Part shown: in pieces, positions 48,397-58,437 of the stretch
Numbering within the stretch: the first letter of the stretch is position 1
How the letters are laid out: every line of letters begins with the position of its first letter
Assembly: GCA_040771865.1 (NCBI GenBank)
Contig: JAXGZF010000007.1
Span: 1 to 64,000 of the forward strand
Source: Desulfobacterales bacterium
GTDB taxonomy: Bacteria; Desulfobacterota; Desulfobacteria; Desulfobacterales; UBA2245
Direction of reading: 5' to 3'
DNA: 64,000 bases
Notes under the pieces: generated by a model
The model's input: only the letters and a program-made list of their open reading frames with translations
Database searches by the model: none
What the model was told of the DNA's origin: nothing
Program-made: the position numbers and the translations under genes

Positions 48397-49692
48397 TCAA
48401 TCGATGTCTTCGGTAAGCGTCTCGCCGATCGCGAAGGTCAGATGCCTGAGATCGGCTTCATCGATGACGTAGGGCGGCATCACATAAATCAGCTTTCCAA
48501 ACGGCCGGATCCAGACCCCTTTTTCCACAAAGCGCTTCTGAATCTTTGCCATGTTCACCGGCCGGGTCCGCTCCACGACGCCGATGCCCCCCAGCACGCG
48601 AACATCCAATACCCCAGGCAGTTTCGCACAGGGCGCCAGTTCCGAGCTCAGCTGCGCTTCGATGCGCCGGATGCGATCCTCCCAAGGCGTGGACAGCAGC
48701 AGCTCAATGCTGGCCACCGCCACCGCGCACGCCAGGGGATTCGCCATAAAGGTCGGGCCGTGCATCAATTCGGGATTTTCCCCGGATGAAATACCCTCGC
48801 TGACCCTTTCGGTCGCCAGCACGGCGGCCAGGGTCATGTAGCCGCCGGTGAGCGCTTTTCCAACGCACATGATATCCGGGCATACGCCCGCATGCCCGCA
48901 GGCGAATATGGCGCCGGTCCGCCCGAAACCGGTGGCGATCTCATCTAAAATCAGCAGTACATCATACCGGTCGCAGAGCTCGCGGACCCGGCGCAGGTAC
49001 TGCGGGTGGTAAAACCGCATGCCGCCCGCCCCCTGAACAACGGGTTCCAGAACAGCCGCGGCAATCTCCCCGTGATGTGTCGAAATAATGCGCTCGAAGC
49101 TTTCAATGTCCTTTTCATCCCATGGATCATGAAACCGGCAGGCCGGCGCATCGGCAAAATAATGCTGCTGCAATACCTTGCCAAACATGCTGTGCATGCC
49201 GGTGACGGGGTCACAAACGGCCATGGCGCCGAAGGTGTCCCCATGATACCCGCAGCGGATAGTTAGAAGCCTGTGTTTTTCAGGTCTGCCCGTCGCATGC
49301 CAGTACTGAACGGCCATCTTGATGGCCACTTCGACGGCCACGGATCCGGAATCGCAGAAAAAGACCTTCTGCAGGGCCGAAGGCGTCAGGTCGACCAGAA
49401 GGGAAGCCAGGGCGATTGACGGCTCATGAGTCAACCCGCCGAACATGACATGGGCCATCCGCTCGATCTGACGGCATGCGGCCGCATTTAAGCGGGGATG
49501 ATTGTACCCGTGAATAACGGACCACCAGGAGGCCATGCCGTCGATGAGCTGCCGCCCGTCGGCAAGAGTGAGGCGCACCCCGTTTGCGCCCGTGACCGGA
49601 TACACCGGAAGCGGATGGTTCATCGAGGTATAGGGGTGCCAGATGTGCTGGCGGTCGAAGTTCAGAAGACGGCTTTCAAAAGTTGTATTCAT
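48397..49692 (-). CDS. bioA: Adenosylmethionine-8-amino-7-oxononanoate transaminase
   Basis: [45 protein letters not shown]. Confidence 0.97.
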   Translation of the reverse strand: MNTTFESRLLNFDRQHIWHPYTSMNHPLPVYPVTGANGVRLTLADGRQLIDGMASWWSVIHGYNHPRLNAAACRQIERMAHVMFGGLTHEPSIALASLLVDLTPSALQKVFFCDSGSVAVEVAIKMAVQYWHATGRPEKHRLLTIRCGYHGDTFGAMAVCDPVTGMHSMFGKVLQQHYFADAPACRFHDPWDEKDIESFERIISTHHGEIAAAVLEPVVQGAGGMRFYHPQYLRRVRELCDRYDVLLILDEIATGFGRTGAIFACGHAGVCPDIMCVGKALTGGYMTLAAVLATERVSEGISSGENPELMHGPTFMANPLACAVAVASIELLLSTPWEDRIRRIEAQLSSELAPCAKLPGVLDVRVLGGIGVVERTRPVNMAKIQKRFVEKGVWIRPFGKLIYVMPPYVIDEADLRHLTFAIGETLTEDID

Positions 49693-49703
49693 ATTTTCGG
49701 CGT

Positions 49704-50423
49704 TTATCCTTGATCCGGCGTTGTGAGCTGGTGAACGATCTGCCGGCAATATTCAGGCGGGTTTGAAAAATCATCGATCCTGTAAATCACGCCGCTGACC
49801 CGGATTCCTGAAAATTTCTCCACAGCCTCGATGTTTTCCCGAACCATATCGTTGGGCGTCGGGCTTTGAGATGCATCCACAAACACGATTGCCGGGGTTC
49901 TGATTCCGTGCTGTTGCAAAATCTTCAGAGACAAGAGGGTATGGTTGATGGTCCCCAGTCCTGCCCGGGCCACCAGAACCGGTCTGGCGTCGGTAGCGGC
50001 CACGATATCGATCATCAGGACGGTCTCGGTAATTGGAACCATCAGGCCGCCAGCGGCCTCGATCACGACCGGCGCATATTCCAGGCGCTTTCCGGCCAGA
50101 AAGGCTTGCGGCAGGCCGATATCGATGGATTGCTGCGCGTTTCTCGCGGCAAAGAACGGCGCCTTGGGTTCTGAAAAGCAATAGAGGACCGATTCAGCCG
50201 GATCCCCGCCGCGCAGGGCATCGACATGAGAATAGACAAACCGCGCATCGCTGTCCGCATCATACGGGGTCTCGCAACCGGTCTGAAAAGGCTTCAGATA
50301 AAACGGCCGCAATCCCTGATCATAGAAATGCCGCATCAGCAGCAGCGACACCACGCTCTTTCCCACGCCGGTATCGGTGCCGATCACAAAAAAATCATCA
50401 ACCTGATTTCTCGATCTCTCCAT
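49704..50423 (-). CDS. bioD: Dethiobiotin synthase
   Basis: [28 protein letters not shown]. Confidence 0.95.
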   Translation of the reverse strand: MERSRNQVDDFFVIGTDTGVGKSVVSLLLMRHFYDQGLRPFYLKPFQTGCETPYDADSDARFVYSHVDALRGGDPAESVLYCFSEPKAPFFAARNAQQSIDIGLPQAFLAGKRLEYAPVVIEAAGGLMVPITETVLMIDIVAATDARPVLVARAGLGTINHTLLSLKILQQHGIRTPAIVFVDASQSPTPNDMVRENIEAVEKFSGIRVSGVIYRIDDFSNPPEYCRQIVHQLTTPDQG

Positions 50424-51552
50424 ATACCCTCTTTATTGTTTCAACAAAGAAGTTGACGTCCTGCTCGGTATGCTCGGCGCACAGACCAATGCGCAAAATG
50501 GCCCGGTTGAGCGGAACGGTCGGAAACCTTGCGGGAAAGGCGAAAATCCCGTTTTCCATCAGTCTGCGCGAAACCTCGACCGCCCTGTCCTCCGGGCCGA
50601 TCTGAAGTGCCAGAATATGCGCATCGCCCTGCACGGAAAAACCTTCGCGCACAAGGCTCTCCTTCATCAGCCGGCCCGCGTCGAACAATTGTCGTCTTCT
50701 GTCGTCGGCCTGCTCGATCATTTCCAGAAGATCCAGCGCGGTTGCCGCATGCGCCGGGGGCAGGGACGTGGTGTAGATCAAAGGAGAGGCGAAATTCAGC
50801 AGATATTCTTTCAGATAGCCGGGCAACAGGACAAAGGCCCCGAAAAGCCCCAGGGCCTTGCCGAAGGTTCCCACCGCCGCATCGGCCGCAGGCCTTGCGA
50901 TCCCCTTCCCTTTTTCTCCGATGGCGCCGAAAGCATGGGCCTCGTCAACGATGCAGAAAAATCCGAAGCGTTTCTTCAGCTCGCAGCAGGCGCCAACGTC
51001 GAGCAGATCTCCGTCCATGCTGAACAGGGACTCGGTGACCACTGCCGCCTGATCCAGGCCGAGAGCTTCCAGCCGCTTTTTCAGATGATCCATGGAACCG
51101 TGCCGGTATCCGTAAAAATCGGCACCGCTGGCAGCAATGCCCTTCACGCTGCTGGCGTGAATATGCTTGTCGAATATGATCCGGTCCCCAGGCTGAAACA
51201 GCGTGGATAAAACCCCGTAGTTGGTCTGATATCCGCTGGGGAAAAATACCGCGTCCTCATAGCCGAAATACCGGGCATATTCGCGTTCGGCCCGGCCGAT
51301 CAGGGAATAATTGGCCGAAACCAGCCGGGAGGAGGAAGACGAGGCTCCGTATTTCATGACGTTTCGGGCAAGGGACCTTCGCAGCTGGAGGGAGGTGCTC
51401 AGGCTCAGGTAGTCGTTGGAAGAAAAATTCAGTACCTTCCGGTCGCCGAGAAACACGTACCGGCCTTCCCTGCGGGTTATCTGCGGGGGGTTGCGGTACA
51501 GGCCTGCCTGGCGCTGGCTCGTCAGCTGGCGGGCGAACCGTTTTTCAAACAT
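50398..51552 (-). CDS. bioF: 8-amino-7-oxononanoate synthase
   Basis: NFSSNDYL, SRLVS, FSMDGD, VDEAHAFG, GTFGKALG. Confidence 0.94.
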   Translation of the reverse strand: MFEKRFARQLTSQRQAGLYRNPPQITRREGRYVFLGDRKVLNFSSNDYLSLSTSLQLRRSLARNVMKYGASSSSSRLVSANYSLIGRAEREYARYFGYEDAVFFPSGYQTNYGVLSTLFQPGDRIIFDKHIHASSVKGIAASGADFYGYRHGSMDHLKKRLEALGLDQAAVVTESLFSMDGDLLDVGACCELKKRFGFFCIVDEAHAFGAIGEKGKGIARPAADAAVGTFGKALGLFGAFVLLPGYLKEYLLNFASPLIYTTSLPPAHAATALDLLEMIEQADDRRRQLFDAGRLMKESLVREGFSVQGDAHILALQIGPEDRAVEVSRRLMENGIFAFPARFPTVPLNRAILRIGLCAEHTEQDVNFFVETIKRVYGEIEKSG

Positions 51553-51974
51553 GAAAAAACCTCCTGGTAATGATATTTCAGTATTTCTTCCCGAAAGGCC
51601 CGATCATACGGAACCACGGCAAAAATGCATTCCGCTTCCAGCAAACGCCGACCGTTTTGTTCGGCAGAAAGCGCACAGGTAAAAGCGCTCTCGCTCCGAC
51701 CCGTCAGATTCCCATGAATCAGCAAAGACCCGTTCAACACGTCCGTTCGGGGCAGGACGCATCGGTTGACTTTCAACAAAAAGGCGTGTCTCTCAAATGC
51801 GCACAGATACCGGACATGCAGTGCGCCCAGTTGCGCCATGGCCTCGAGGCCCAGAAAAACCGGCGCGTTGGAAAAAGCCCGAATGCCTTCAATGGCGCCG
51901 GCATCAACCCGAAGTAACCGGTCAACCAGCAGAAAGCGCTTCAATCCCGTTCGAATCGTCATGTCCATCTGCAT
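51522..51974 (-). CDS. Hotdog-fold (FabZ-like) dehydratase subunit retaining the Glu half of the active site
   Basis: RFLLVDR and LEAMAQ as in FabZ; no HFP motif. Confidence 0.7.
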   Translation of the reverse strand: MQMDMTIRTGLKRFLLVDRLLRVDAGAIEGIRAFSNAPVFLGLEAMAQLGALHVRYLCAFERHAFLLKVNRCVLPRTDVLNGSLLIHGNLTGRSESAFTCALSAEQNGRRLLEAECIFAVVPYDRAFREEILKYHYQEVFSCLKNGSPAS

Positions 51975-53164
51975 ATCAACAGCGCGGCGTTCTGACCGCC
52001 GAATCCGAAGTTTTCGATCATCATGGTTTGCGGCGCATCCTGAATCGGGTTTCGAACCCAATTGACCCCCGAATGGCAGGGCGATTTCAGGTTTCGGACC
52101 GGCGGAAGCCAGCCCTCCTGCATGCAGAAAAGACAGACCGCCGTTTCCAGTGCCCCGCAGGCGGCTGAAAGATGCCCGAACCAGGACTTCAGGGCGATCA
52201 CCTTTGGCCTCGCTCCATAAACGCGATCGATCAGACCGGCCTCCATCTCGTCGTTGAGCCGGGTACCGGTGCCATGGGCCGACACCGCATCCACCTGATC
52301 CGGCGTCACACCGGCCTCCTTCAAGGCAGCGCGCACCGCCGCCTCAGCCTGTATGCCATCCGGATGCGGAGCGGTCATATTGTATCCGTCCATTGAATTC
52401 CCGTATCCGCACACCTCGCCCAGAATTGTTGCGCCTCTTTTCCGGGCATGTTCCAGGGATTCGAGCAGCAGAAACGCCCCGCCTTCTCCGGGCACAAATC
52501 CTTCCCGCCGGCAATCAAAGGGCGCGTAGGCGGTTTCCGGATTTGCGTTTGCCGTCAAAAGCGCGCCGGCTTTCCGGTAAGCCAGAATTCCGCCGGCGCT
52601 CAGGCGCGAATCTCCGCCTCCGGCAAAAGCCATGTCCAGATAACCGTTCCGGATCCTGCGGAACGCCTCGCCGATGGCCTGAAGCGATGCGCTGCAGGCG
52701 GTACTGATCGTGAGGTTTTCCCCGTGAATGCCGGCCAGGGAGGCCAGAACGCAGGAAGGGGTATTGGGCAGAAACCTGAGAATCCAGAGCGCCTGAAGCG
52801 CGTCCTCGTCGATCCTTCCGGAGCTGATTTCCGGACATTCCCCGCCGATATCCAGATTGGGACCGGTTCCGACAAACAGACCCGCCTGATCCAGCATGGC
52901 CGAATCCAGACCGGAATTTCGAACGGCTTCCATGGCCGCGGCCACGCAGAACTGGGCGCCCCGGCTCAGATAGCGGATATTCTTGAACCGGCCGAGAAAT
53001 TGCCGGACATCAAAGTCGCGAACCGGGCATGCCAGGACCCTCTCATCGACTAGGCTGGGCACAAGGTTGACCCGGTCATTTCTCAGATGATTTATGATCC
53101 GTTCGGGCTCGTGACCCAAAGACGAGATCACTCCGACCGAGGTGATGACGACGCTTCGGGACAT
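51959..53164 (-). CDS. Beta-ketoacyl-ACP synthase (FabF/FabB-like)
   Basis: STACSAS, FVPGEGG, AHGTGT, KSWFGH, NFGFGGQNA (Cys-His-His triad). Confidence 0.93.
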   Translation of the reverse strand: MSRSVVITSVGVISSLGHEPERIINHLRNDRVNLVPSLVDERVLACPVRDFDVRQFLGRFKNIRYLSRGAQFCVAAAMEAVRNSGLDSAMLDQAGLFVGTGPNLDIGGECPEISSGRIDEDALQALWILRFLPNTPSCVLASLAGIHGENLTISTACSASLQAIGEAFRRIRNGYLDMAFAGGGDSRLSAGGILAYRKAGALLTANANPETAYAPFDCRREGFVPGEGGAFLLLESLEHARKRGATILGEVCGYGNSMDGYNMTAPHPDGIQAEAAVRAALKEAGVTPDQVDAVSAHGTGTRLNDEMEAGLIDRVYGARPKVIALKSWFGHLSAACGALETAVCLFCMQEGWLPPVRNLKSPCHSGVNWVRNPIQDAPQTMMIENFGFGGQNAALLICRWT

Positions 53165-53253
53165 CTGGACAGAATGCCGCCTTTCCTTTGAACGGGTTTC
53201 TGGTTTGCTTTCTTTGAATGTGATTGACAAACCGGTCGACAGATGTCGGGCTG

Positions 53254-53883
53254 TCAGATTTTCCAATAGATTTCAGATACTTTCTTACGATCCACAGCCG
53301 GCGGGTTTTCGTCTGCAAAGCCCACCGAAGCAAAGCACCGAATCTGAATTTCCTCAAGGCCCAGAATCTTTCCGGCATCCGGCATAAAAACCAGCGGGGC
53401 CGTCAGAATGCACGTGCCCAGCCCTAGGGACTGGGCCTTCAGAATAAAGCCTTTCAGCGAAAGTCCGGTTGAAATGTCCATGTCCGCGGCGCTGCGGTCG
53501 TCTTTTTCAATGAGTCCGGCCTCGACCAGGCTGTCGGCAAAACCCGCATGCGGCGCCACGCCCACGGCAAAAAGCGCCGGGGCTTCAAACATGAAATCCG
53601 CAAACCGCCAGTAGACCTTGATCCGCGTTTTCAGACGCTTTGACAGGCCCCTTTCTTCCCAAACCGTCAGCAATCTTTGAAGCCGGTCGGCCATGGCCTG
53701 CTCAAGCGCGTCCCGCATCGAAGCCGAAACAATCCGGACAAAACGCACCGGCTGACTGTTGGAAGGCGAAGGCGCCATGGCCGCGCAGGCGATCATCTCC
53801 TCGATCCAGGCCTCGGGCGGCATATCGGGCCGATATTTTCGAATGCTTCTTCTCTGGCGGACCAGCTGATCCAGGGAAACCAT
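53254..53883 (-). CDS. Nitroreductase-family flavoprotein
   Basis: RRSIRKY, APSPSNSQP, AQSLGLGTC. Confidence 0.9.
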   Translation of the reverse strand: MVSLDQLVRQRRSIRKYRPDMPPEAWIEEMIACAAMAPSPSNSQPVRFVRIVSASMRDALEQAMADRLQRLLTVWEERGLSKRLKTRIKVYWRFADFMFEAPALFAVGVAPHAGFADSLVEAGLIEKDDRSAADMDISTGLSLKGFILKAQSLGLGTCILTAPLVFMPDAGKILGLEEIQIRCFASVGFADENPPAVDRKKVSEIYWKI

Positions 53884-53887
53884 CGCG

Positions 53888-54253
53888 TCACCGGGTCTGA
53901 TATGCTACAAAACCGGCCAGGTCCTTGACCTTGAGCACCGGTCCGGAATCCAGGTCCGACAGTATTTCCTGGACCCGGTCCGGCGTTAAAAACGGAAACC
54001 TTTCCATCAGGCAGGGTGCCTTTGCCTGCCCCTTATCCTCGGCCTCGATCAGATACGGCCGCAGGTTTCTCAAAAAAATATCGTTTTCGCTCACCTTGAT
54101 GTTGAAAACGGCATTCAGCGATACGGCGATCTCCAGCATATCGATGGATTCGACGTTCAGATCGCGGATCAGATACGTTTCCGACTCGATGTCGGATGCA
54201 TCGACGTCCAGAATGTCGGCAAGCACCGCATTGATCTTTTCCAAAACGCCCAT
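53888..54253 (-). CDS. Acyl carrier protein (extended, 121 aa)
   Basis: Acidic; DLNVESIDMLEI phosphopantetheine site; C-terminal KVKDLAGFV. Confidence 0.85.
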   Translation of the reverse strand: MGVLEKINAVLADILDVDASDIESETYLIRDLNVESIDMLEIAVSLNAVFNIKVSENDIFLRNLRPYLIEAEDKGQAKAPCLMERFPFLTPDRVQEILSDLDSGPVLKVKDLAGFVAYQTR

Positions 54254-54270
54254 GTCTCACCTCGCATAAA

Positions 54271-55014
54271 TCATTTGCCGGCCGTCAGGCCGCCGTCCAT
54301 GACGATCTGGGTTGCATTGAATCCCCGGGCGACGTCGGACAGAAAGAAAACAACGCTTCGGGCAACCTCTGTTTCAGTCAGCGCCCTTTGAATCGGAACC
54401 CTGTCCAGCGCCTCTTTTCGGCGGCTTTGCAGATACCTTCGACCCCGGCCCGCGTCGATGTACCCGGGCCTGAGGGTCAGCGTCGTAATCCCCCGGCCTC
54501 CCAGTTCCAGCCCCAGGTTCCGGTAAAGGGCCTCGGAAGCCAGTTTGGCGGCCGCATAAAATCCCTGACCGGCGTTCGCTCTTTCCGCCGCCGCCGATGA
54601 GATGAAAATCAGCCGGCCGCTTCTTTTTCTCAGAAAGACTTGGGCGGCGCGTTTGAGCATCTCCGCCCGGCTGGAAATATTTCGCAGAAAATAGGGTCGA
54701 AATTCTTCTTCCTCAACCGAGGCGACCAGACCTTCCAGATCTCCCTGGGCCAGATCCACCAGAAAGTCCAGGTCTTCCCTTAAATGCGCGAACAGCAGAT
54801 CCGTGGACACGGCGTCGGCAAAATCAAAGCGGACCGCCTCCCATCGACCGGGAAAAGGTTCCAGCGCCTTTTCGATCCGCTCCCTTCCGGCCCCGGTTCG
54901 AAAGGTTAATATTGGGTACAGCGCCTCTTGAATCATCTCCTTTGCCAGACAGATGCCAAGATCGCAGCTTCCCCCGACAATCAGGGCCCTTTGTCCCGAA
55001 AATGTCAGCTGCAT
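54271..55014 (-). CDS. SDR ketoreductase (FabG-like)
   Basis: ALIVGGSCDLG, FISS, YAAAK, PGYID, MDGG. Confidence 0.88.
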   Translation of the reverse strand: MQLTFSGQRALIVGGSCDLGICLAKEMIQEALYPILTFRTGAGRERIEKALEPFPGRWEAVRFDFADAVSTDLLFAHLREDLDFLVDLAQGDLEGLVASVEEEEFRPYFLRNISSRAEMLKRAAQVFLRKRSGRLIFISSAAAERANAGQGFYAAAKLASEALYRNLGLELGGRGITTLTLRPGYIDAGRGRRYLQSRRKEALDRVPIQRALTETEVARSVVFFLSDVARGFNATQIVMDGGLTAGK

Positions 55015-55310
55015 GCCCTTAAGATTCCTGTCGCCAGCGCCTGGCTGCCGTCACTCAGTTCGCACCGGAGCACTTCCGTAGATCCATGAATGCTGTATGG
55101 GTAAGACCCGGGCGCCACAAACCTTCTGAACCTGAATTTTTCCGCCGCCTTCGGCCGCGGCATGCCATGCTGCCTGAGAACCTCCAGAAAGGCGTGCAGA
55201 ATCAGGCTGCCCGGAACCACGGGTTTTCCCGGAAAATGGTCCTGATAGATCGGATCAGCCGGGTCAAAAAAGAACCGGCCTTCCAGGTGAATGGATGCTT
55301 CAGGCTCCAT
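55005..55310 (-). CDS. Hotdog-fold dehydratase subunit retaining the His half of the active site
   Basis: DHFPGKPVVPGSLILHAF (His where FabZ has Glu), FRFRRFVAPG. Confidence 0.78.
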   Translation of the reverse strand: MEPEASIHLEGRFFFDPADPIYQDHFPGKPVVPGSLILHAFLEVLRQHGMPRPKAAEKFRFRRFVAPGSYPYSIHGSTEVLRCELSDGSQALATGILRACS

Positions 55311-56289
55311 CGCGGGTCAGCCCCATCTGCCGGATCATGTCGGTGTCCTGTTCGGGTTTCCGGCCCGCCGTGGTCAGGTAGTTTCCCAGCATCAGCCCGT
55401 TGGCGCCGGCCATGAACACCCAGGACTGGTAATCCTGAAGGGTGACCTCCCGGCCCCCGCAGATGGTGATGTCTTTCCCGGGGTTGACGAACCGGAAAAG
55501 GGCGATGGACTTCAAAGCCTCGAACGGTTCCATCAGGGGTCTGTCTCCAAGGCGGGTGCCGGGAATCGGATTGAGAAAGTTCAGCGGAATACAGTCCACA
55601 TCCAGTTCTTTGAGGGTAAAGGCCAGTTCCACCCGCTGGTCCCAGGACTCGCCCAGACCCAGAATCCCGCCGGAGCACACCTTGAGGCCCCCGGCCCTGG
55701 CCAGTTTGACGCACTGGATATCCTCCTCGTATGCATGGGTGGTGCAGATCCGGTCGAAATAGCTTCGGGCCGTCTCCAGGTTGTGATGGTAGGTGGTCAC
55801 CCCGTTTTCGACCAGCTTTCTGGCCATCGGCAGGGTCAGCATGCCCAGGGACCCGCAGATTTCAAGCCCGGTCTGCTCCCGAATCGCCCGGGCCGACCGG
55901 CATACCCGGTCCATCTCCTGGTCGTTGAGCATGTAACCGCTGGTGACCATCGAAAATTTCCGCGCGCCCGCCGCGTGCATTTCAAGGGCATAACGGAGAA
56001 TCTCTTCTTCGCTTAAAAACGGATAGACGCCGACCCCGGTGTTATGATGGGAGGACTGGGCGCAGAACGCGCAATCCTGGGAACATCGGCCCGACTTGGC
56101 GTTGATGATCGCGCAGGTGAAAACCCGGTCTTTTTTAAATTGCCTGCGGATCCTGTCCGCGCACACGATCAGATCAATCGCGTCCTTTCCGGAAAGTTCG
56201 GCCAGCTGACAGGCTTCCTGATAAGATACGCTGCCGGTTGGATCTTTCAACAGCCTTTCAGTTATGCTAAGTACCCATGAATGAAACAT
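55300..56289 (-). CDS. bioB: Biotin synthase
   Basis: NAKSGRCSQDCAFCAQS, YHHNLET, CSGGILGLGE, GNYLTT. Confidence 0.97.
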   Translation of the reverse strand: MFHSWVLSITERLLKDPTGSVSYQEACQLAELSGKDAIDLIVCADRIRRQFKKDRVFTCAIINAKSGRCSQDCAFCAQSSHHNTGVGVYPFLSEEEILRYALEMHAAGARKFSMVTSGYMLNDQEMDRVCRSARAIREQTGLEICGSLGMLTLPMARKLVENGVTTYHHNLETARSYFDRICTTHAYEEDIQCVKLARAGGLKVCSGGILGLGESWDQRVELAFTLKELDVDCIPLNFLNPIPGTRLGDRPLMEPFEALKSIALFRFVNPGKDITICGGREVTLQDYQSWVFMAGANGLMLGNYLTTAGRKPEQDTDMIRQMGLTRDGA

Positions 56290-56379
56290 GATCTCTCCTT
56301 CATTGAAAGACCTTCGCACCTGCGGGACAGCGACGGAATTTCAGGTACGCAAAGGGCAAATGAACCAGATTGCCCCTAA

Positions 56380-56413
56380 ATTGTCAACCTGTTTTTGCTT
56401 TATGGTTTACAAT
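56380..56413. promoter_or_regulatory. BirA operator
   Basis: ATTGTCAACC-N14-GGTTTACAAT between divergent bioB and birA, matching the TTGTAAACC-N14/15-GGTTTACAA pattern. Confidence 0.88.
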
Positions 56414-56439
56414 AGGATGGGTTTGCCGGAGCTTTCGAT

Positions 56440-57417
56440 ATGACCACTAAGGATAAAGTTTTGATTTACCTGAAAGAAAATGATGGGAAATGGGTCTCGG
56501 GCGAGCTGTTGAGCGGCCGGCTTCAAATCAGCAGGGCCGCAATCAGCAAGCAGGTACGCAAATTAAAGGAAGACGGGTATCGAATCGAAACATCCACCAA
56601 GAAAGGATACCGGCTACAGGAGCGCCGGGATCTGCTGCTGCCTCAGGAAATTCAGGAAGGCCTGGGCACCCGGATTTTCGGGAAAAAGCAGCTGGTCTGT
56701 CTGAAAGAAACCGATTCGACCAATATGCAGGCCAAGATTCTGGCCGCAGCTCATGCGCCCGAGGGAACCCTGGTAATGGCCGAGACTCAGACCCTGGGAC
56801 GGGGAAGGAAGCAAAGAGACTGGTTCGCTCCGGCCGAAGACGGGATCTATGCATCGCTGATTTTACGACCGGTCATCGCGCCGGACCAGGCTTCGTGCAT
56901 CACGCTGACAACGGCCGTGGCCGTCGCCGAAGCCCTGATATCCGTCACCGGTCTGGCCGTTCAGATCAAATGGCCCAACGACATTCTGATCCACGGAAAA
57001 AAAGCGGCCGGCATTCTCACCGAGATCAGCACGGAAATGGATACGATCGATCATGTCATCGTGGGGCTGGGCATCAACGTCAATACGGCAAAGAACACAT
57101 TTCCCGCAGAACTCCGGGATAAGGCCACCTCGATCTTCATCGAAACCGGCCGCCGGTTTTCCAGAACCGAAATTCTGAAAGCCTGCCTGGAGCATTTCGA
57201 GCGTGATTACCGGCTGCTGCAAAAGACGGGGTTTGCTGAAATCCTCAACCGGTGGAAGGCGCTGAGCAACCTGATCGGAAAGCGCATCGTGATTCAAACG
57301 ATCAAGGATAAATACGCCGGCCGCGTGACGGACATCGATTCGGACGGGGCCCTGCTTCTGAAAGATTCACAGGGAACAATTCACCGAATCGTCTCGGGAG
57401 ATCTTTCGTTTGTGTGA
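56440..57417 (+). CDS. birA: Bifunctional biotin ligase/repressor
   Basis: N-terminal HTH (SGELLS..LQISRAAISK), DSTN, QTLGRGR, KWPND, K.AGIL. Confidence 0.96.
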   Translation: MTTKDKVLIYLKENDGKWVSGELLSGRLQISRAAISKQVRKLKEDGYRIETSTKKGYRLQERRDLLLPQEIQEGLGTRIFGKKQLVCLKETDSTNMQAKILAAAHAPEGTLVMAETQTLGRGRKQRDWFAPAEDGIYASLILRPVIAPDQASCITLTTAVAVAEALISVTGLAVQIKWPNDILIHGKKAAGILTEISTEMDTIDHVIVGLGINVNTAKNTFPAELRDKATSIFIETGRRFSRTEILKACLEHFERDYRLLQKTGFAEILNRWKALSNLIGKRIVIQTIKDKYAGRVTDIDSDGALLLKDSQGTIHRIVSGDLSFV

Positions 57418-57424
57418 CAGAGGC

Positions 57425-58390
57425 TCAGACGGTGATTTTCCAGCACCGGTGAATCATTTTCTTCTTGCTGACGTAATCCTCCGGAATGGTGGCCGAGGTA
57501 ATTTCCTTGGCCTCGGCTATTTTCAAACCGTCAAAACGCGGGACAAAGCGCTGATGGTTGGTCGAAAAAAAGATCACGGCGCCGTCTCTCATCACCTTCA
57601 GAACAGCTTTCAGCAGCGCGGGGTGATCCCTCAGAATGTCGAAATCCTGATTCCGAACCCGGGTGGTGGAATAAGACGGAGGATCTACAACGGACAGGTC
57701 AAAGGTCTGATTCCAGCGCTCCGCCTTGGCCAGAAAATCCATGGAATGGGAATGAACCAGTTTGTTTCCTTTCTCGGGAATCTGGTTCAACTCCATGTTT
57801 TCCCGCATCCAGCGGATCGCAGTTTCGGACCGGTCGACCGAAACCGTCGAGCGCGCCCCGCCTTTGGCCGCGTAGCAGGTGAAGGACCCGGTGTAGCAGT
57901 AAAGATTCAGAAAATCCTTTCCTTCGGCCAGTTCCCGGACCATCTGCCGGGTGTTTCGGTGGTCGGAGAAAAGCCCGGTATCGATGTAGTCGCAGAGATT
58001 GACGTAAAACCTCAGATCCCTTTCGGATACGATCATCCTGTGACCGGTGGCATCGAGCCGTTCGTAGCGGTCCTCGTCCTGTTTGCCCGCGCGCCGGACT
58101 TTCAGGTGAATATTTTCGGCGGGAAGTTCAAAAGCAGACGCAATGGCCTGGCCCATCATGGGCAGCCATTCGGGCGTGGATTGAAGCCGGGCGTATTCGG
58201 CAATGACCAGATGGCCGGCGTACCAGTCGACAACGGCCCGAATCTCGGGAATGTCCCAGTCGTAAAGCCGGAATACCTCGATGTTCTGCCGGGCAAAACG
58301 CTTTCGAAGGTGATGATAACGTTTGAGTGCCCGGTTTGCCAGCATCTCGGCCTGTTCCCGGTATTTTGCCGGCTGTTTTAAGTCCTCCAT
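57425..58390 (-). CDS. SAM-dependent rRNA methyltransferase (RlmK/RlmI-like)
   Basis: FRLYDWDIPE, YIDTGLFSDHR, FLNLYCYTGSF, VDPPSYS, FSTN, IHRCW; resembles the C-terminal half of RlmKL. Confidence 0.82.
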   Translation of the reverse strand: MEDLKQPAKYREQAEMLANRALKRYHHLRKRFARQNIEVFRLYDWDIPEIRAVVDWYAGHLVIAEYARLQSTPEWLPMMGQAIASAFELPAENIHLKVRRAGKQDEDRYERLDATGHRMIVSERDLRFYVNLCDYIDTGLFSDHRNTRQMVRELAEGKDFLNLYCYTGSFTCYAAKGGARSTVSVDRSETAIRWMRENMELNQIPEKGNKLVHSHSMDFLAKAERWNQTFDLSVVDPPSYSTTRVRNQDFDILRDHPALLKAVLKVMRDGAVIFFSTNHQRFVPRFDGLKIAEAKEITSATIPEDYVSKKKMIHRCWKITV

Positions 58391-58437
58391 TTACATCAAG
58401 CTCCTGTCGGCCTCAAAGATAGGGCAATTCATCTTCA

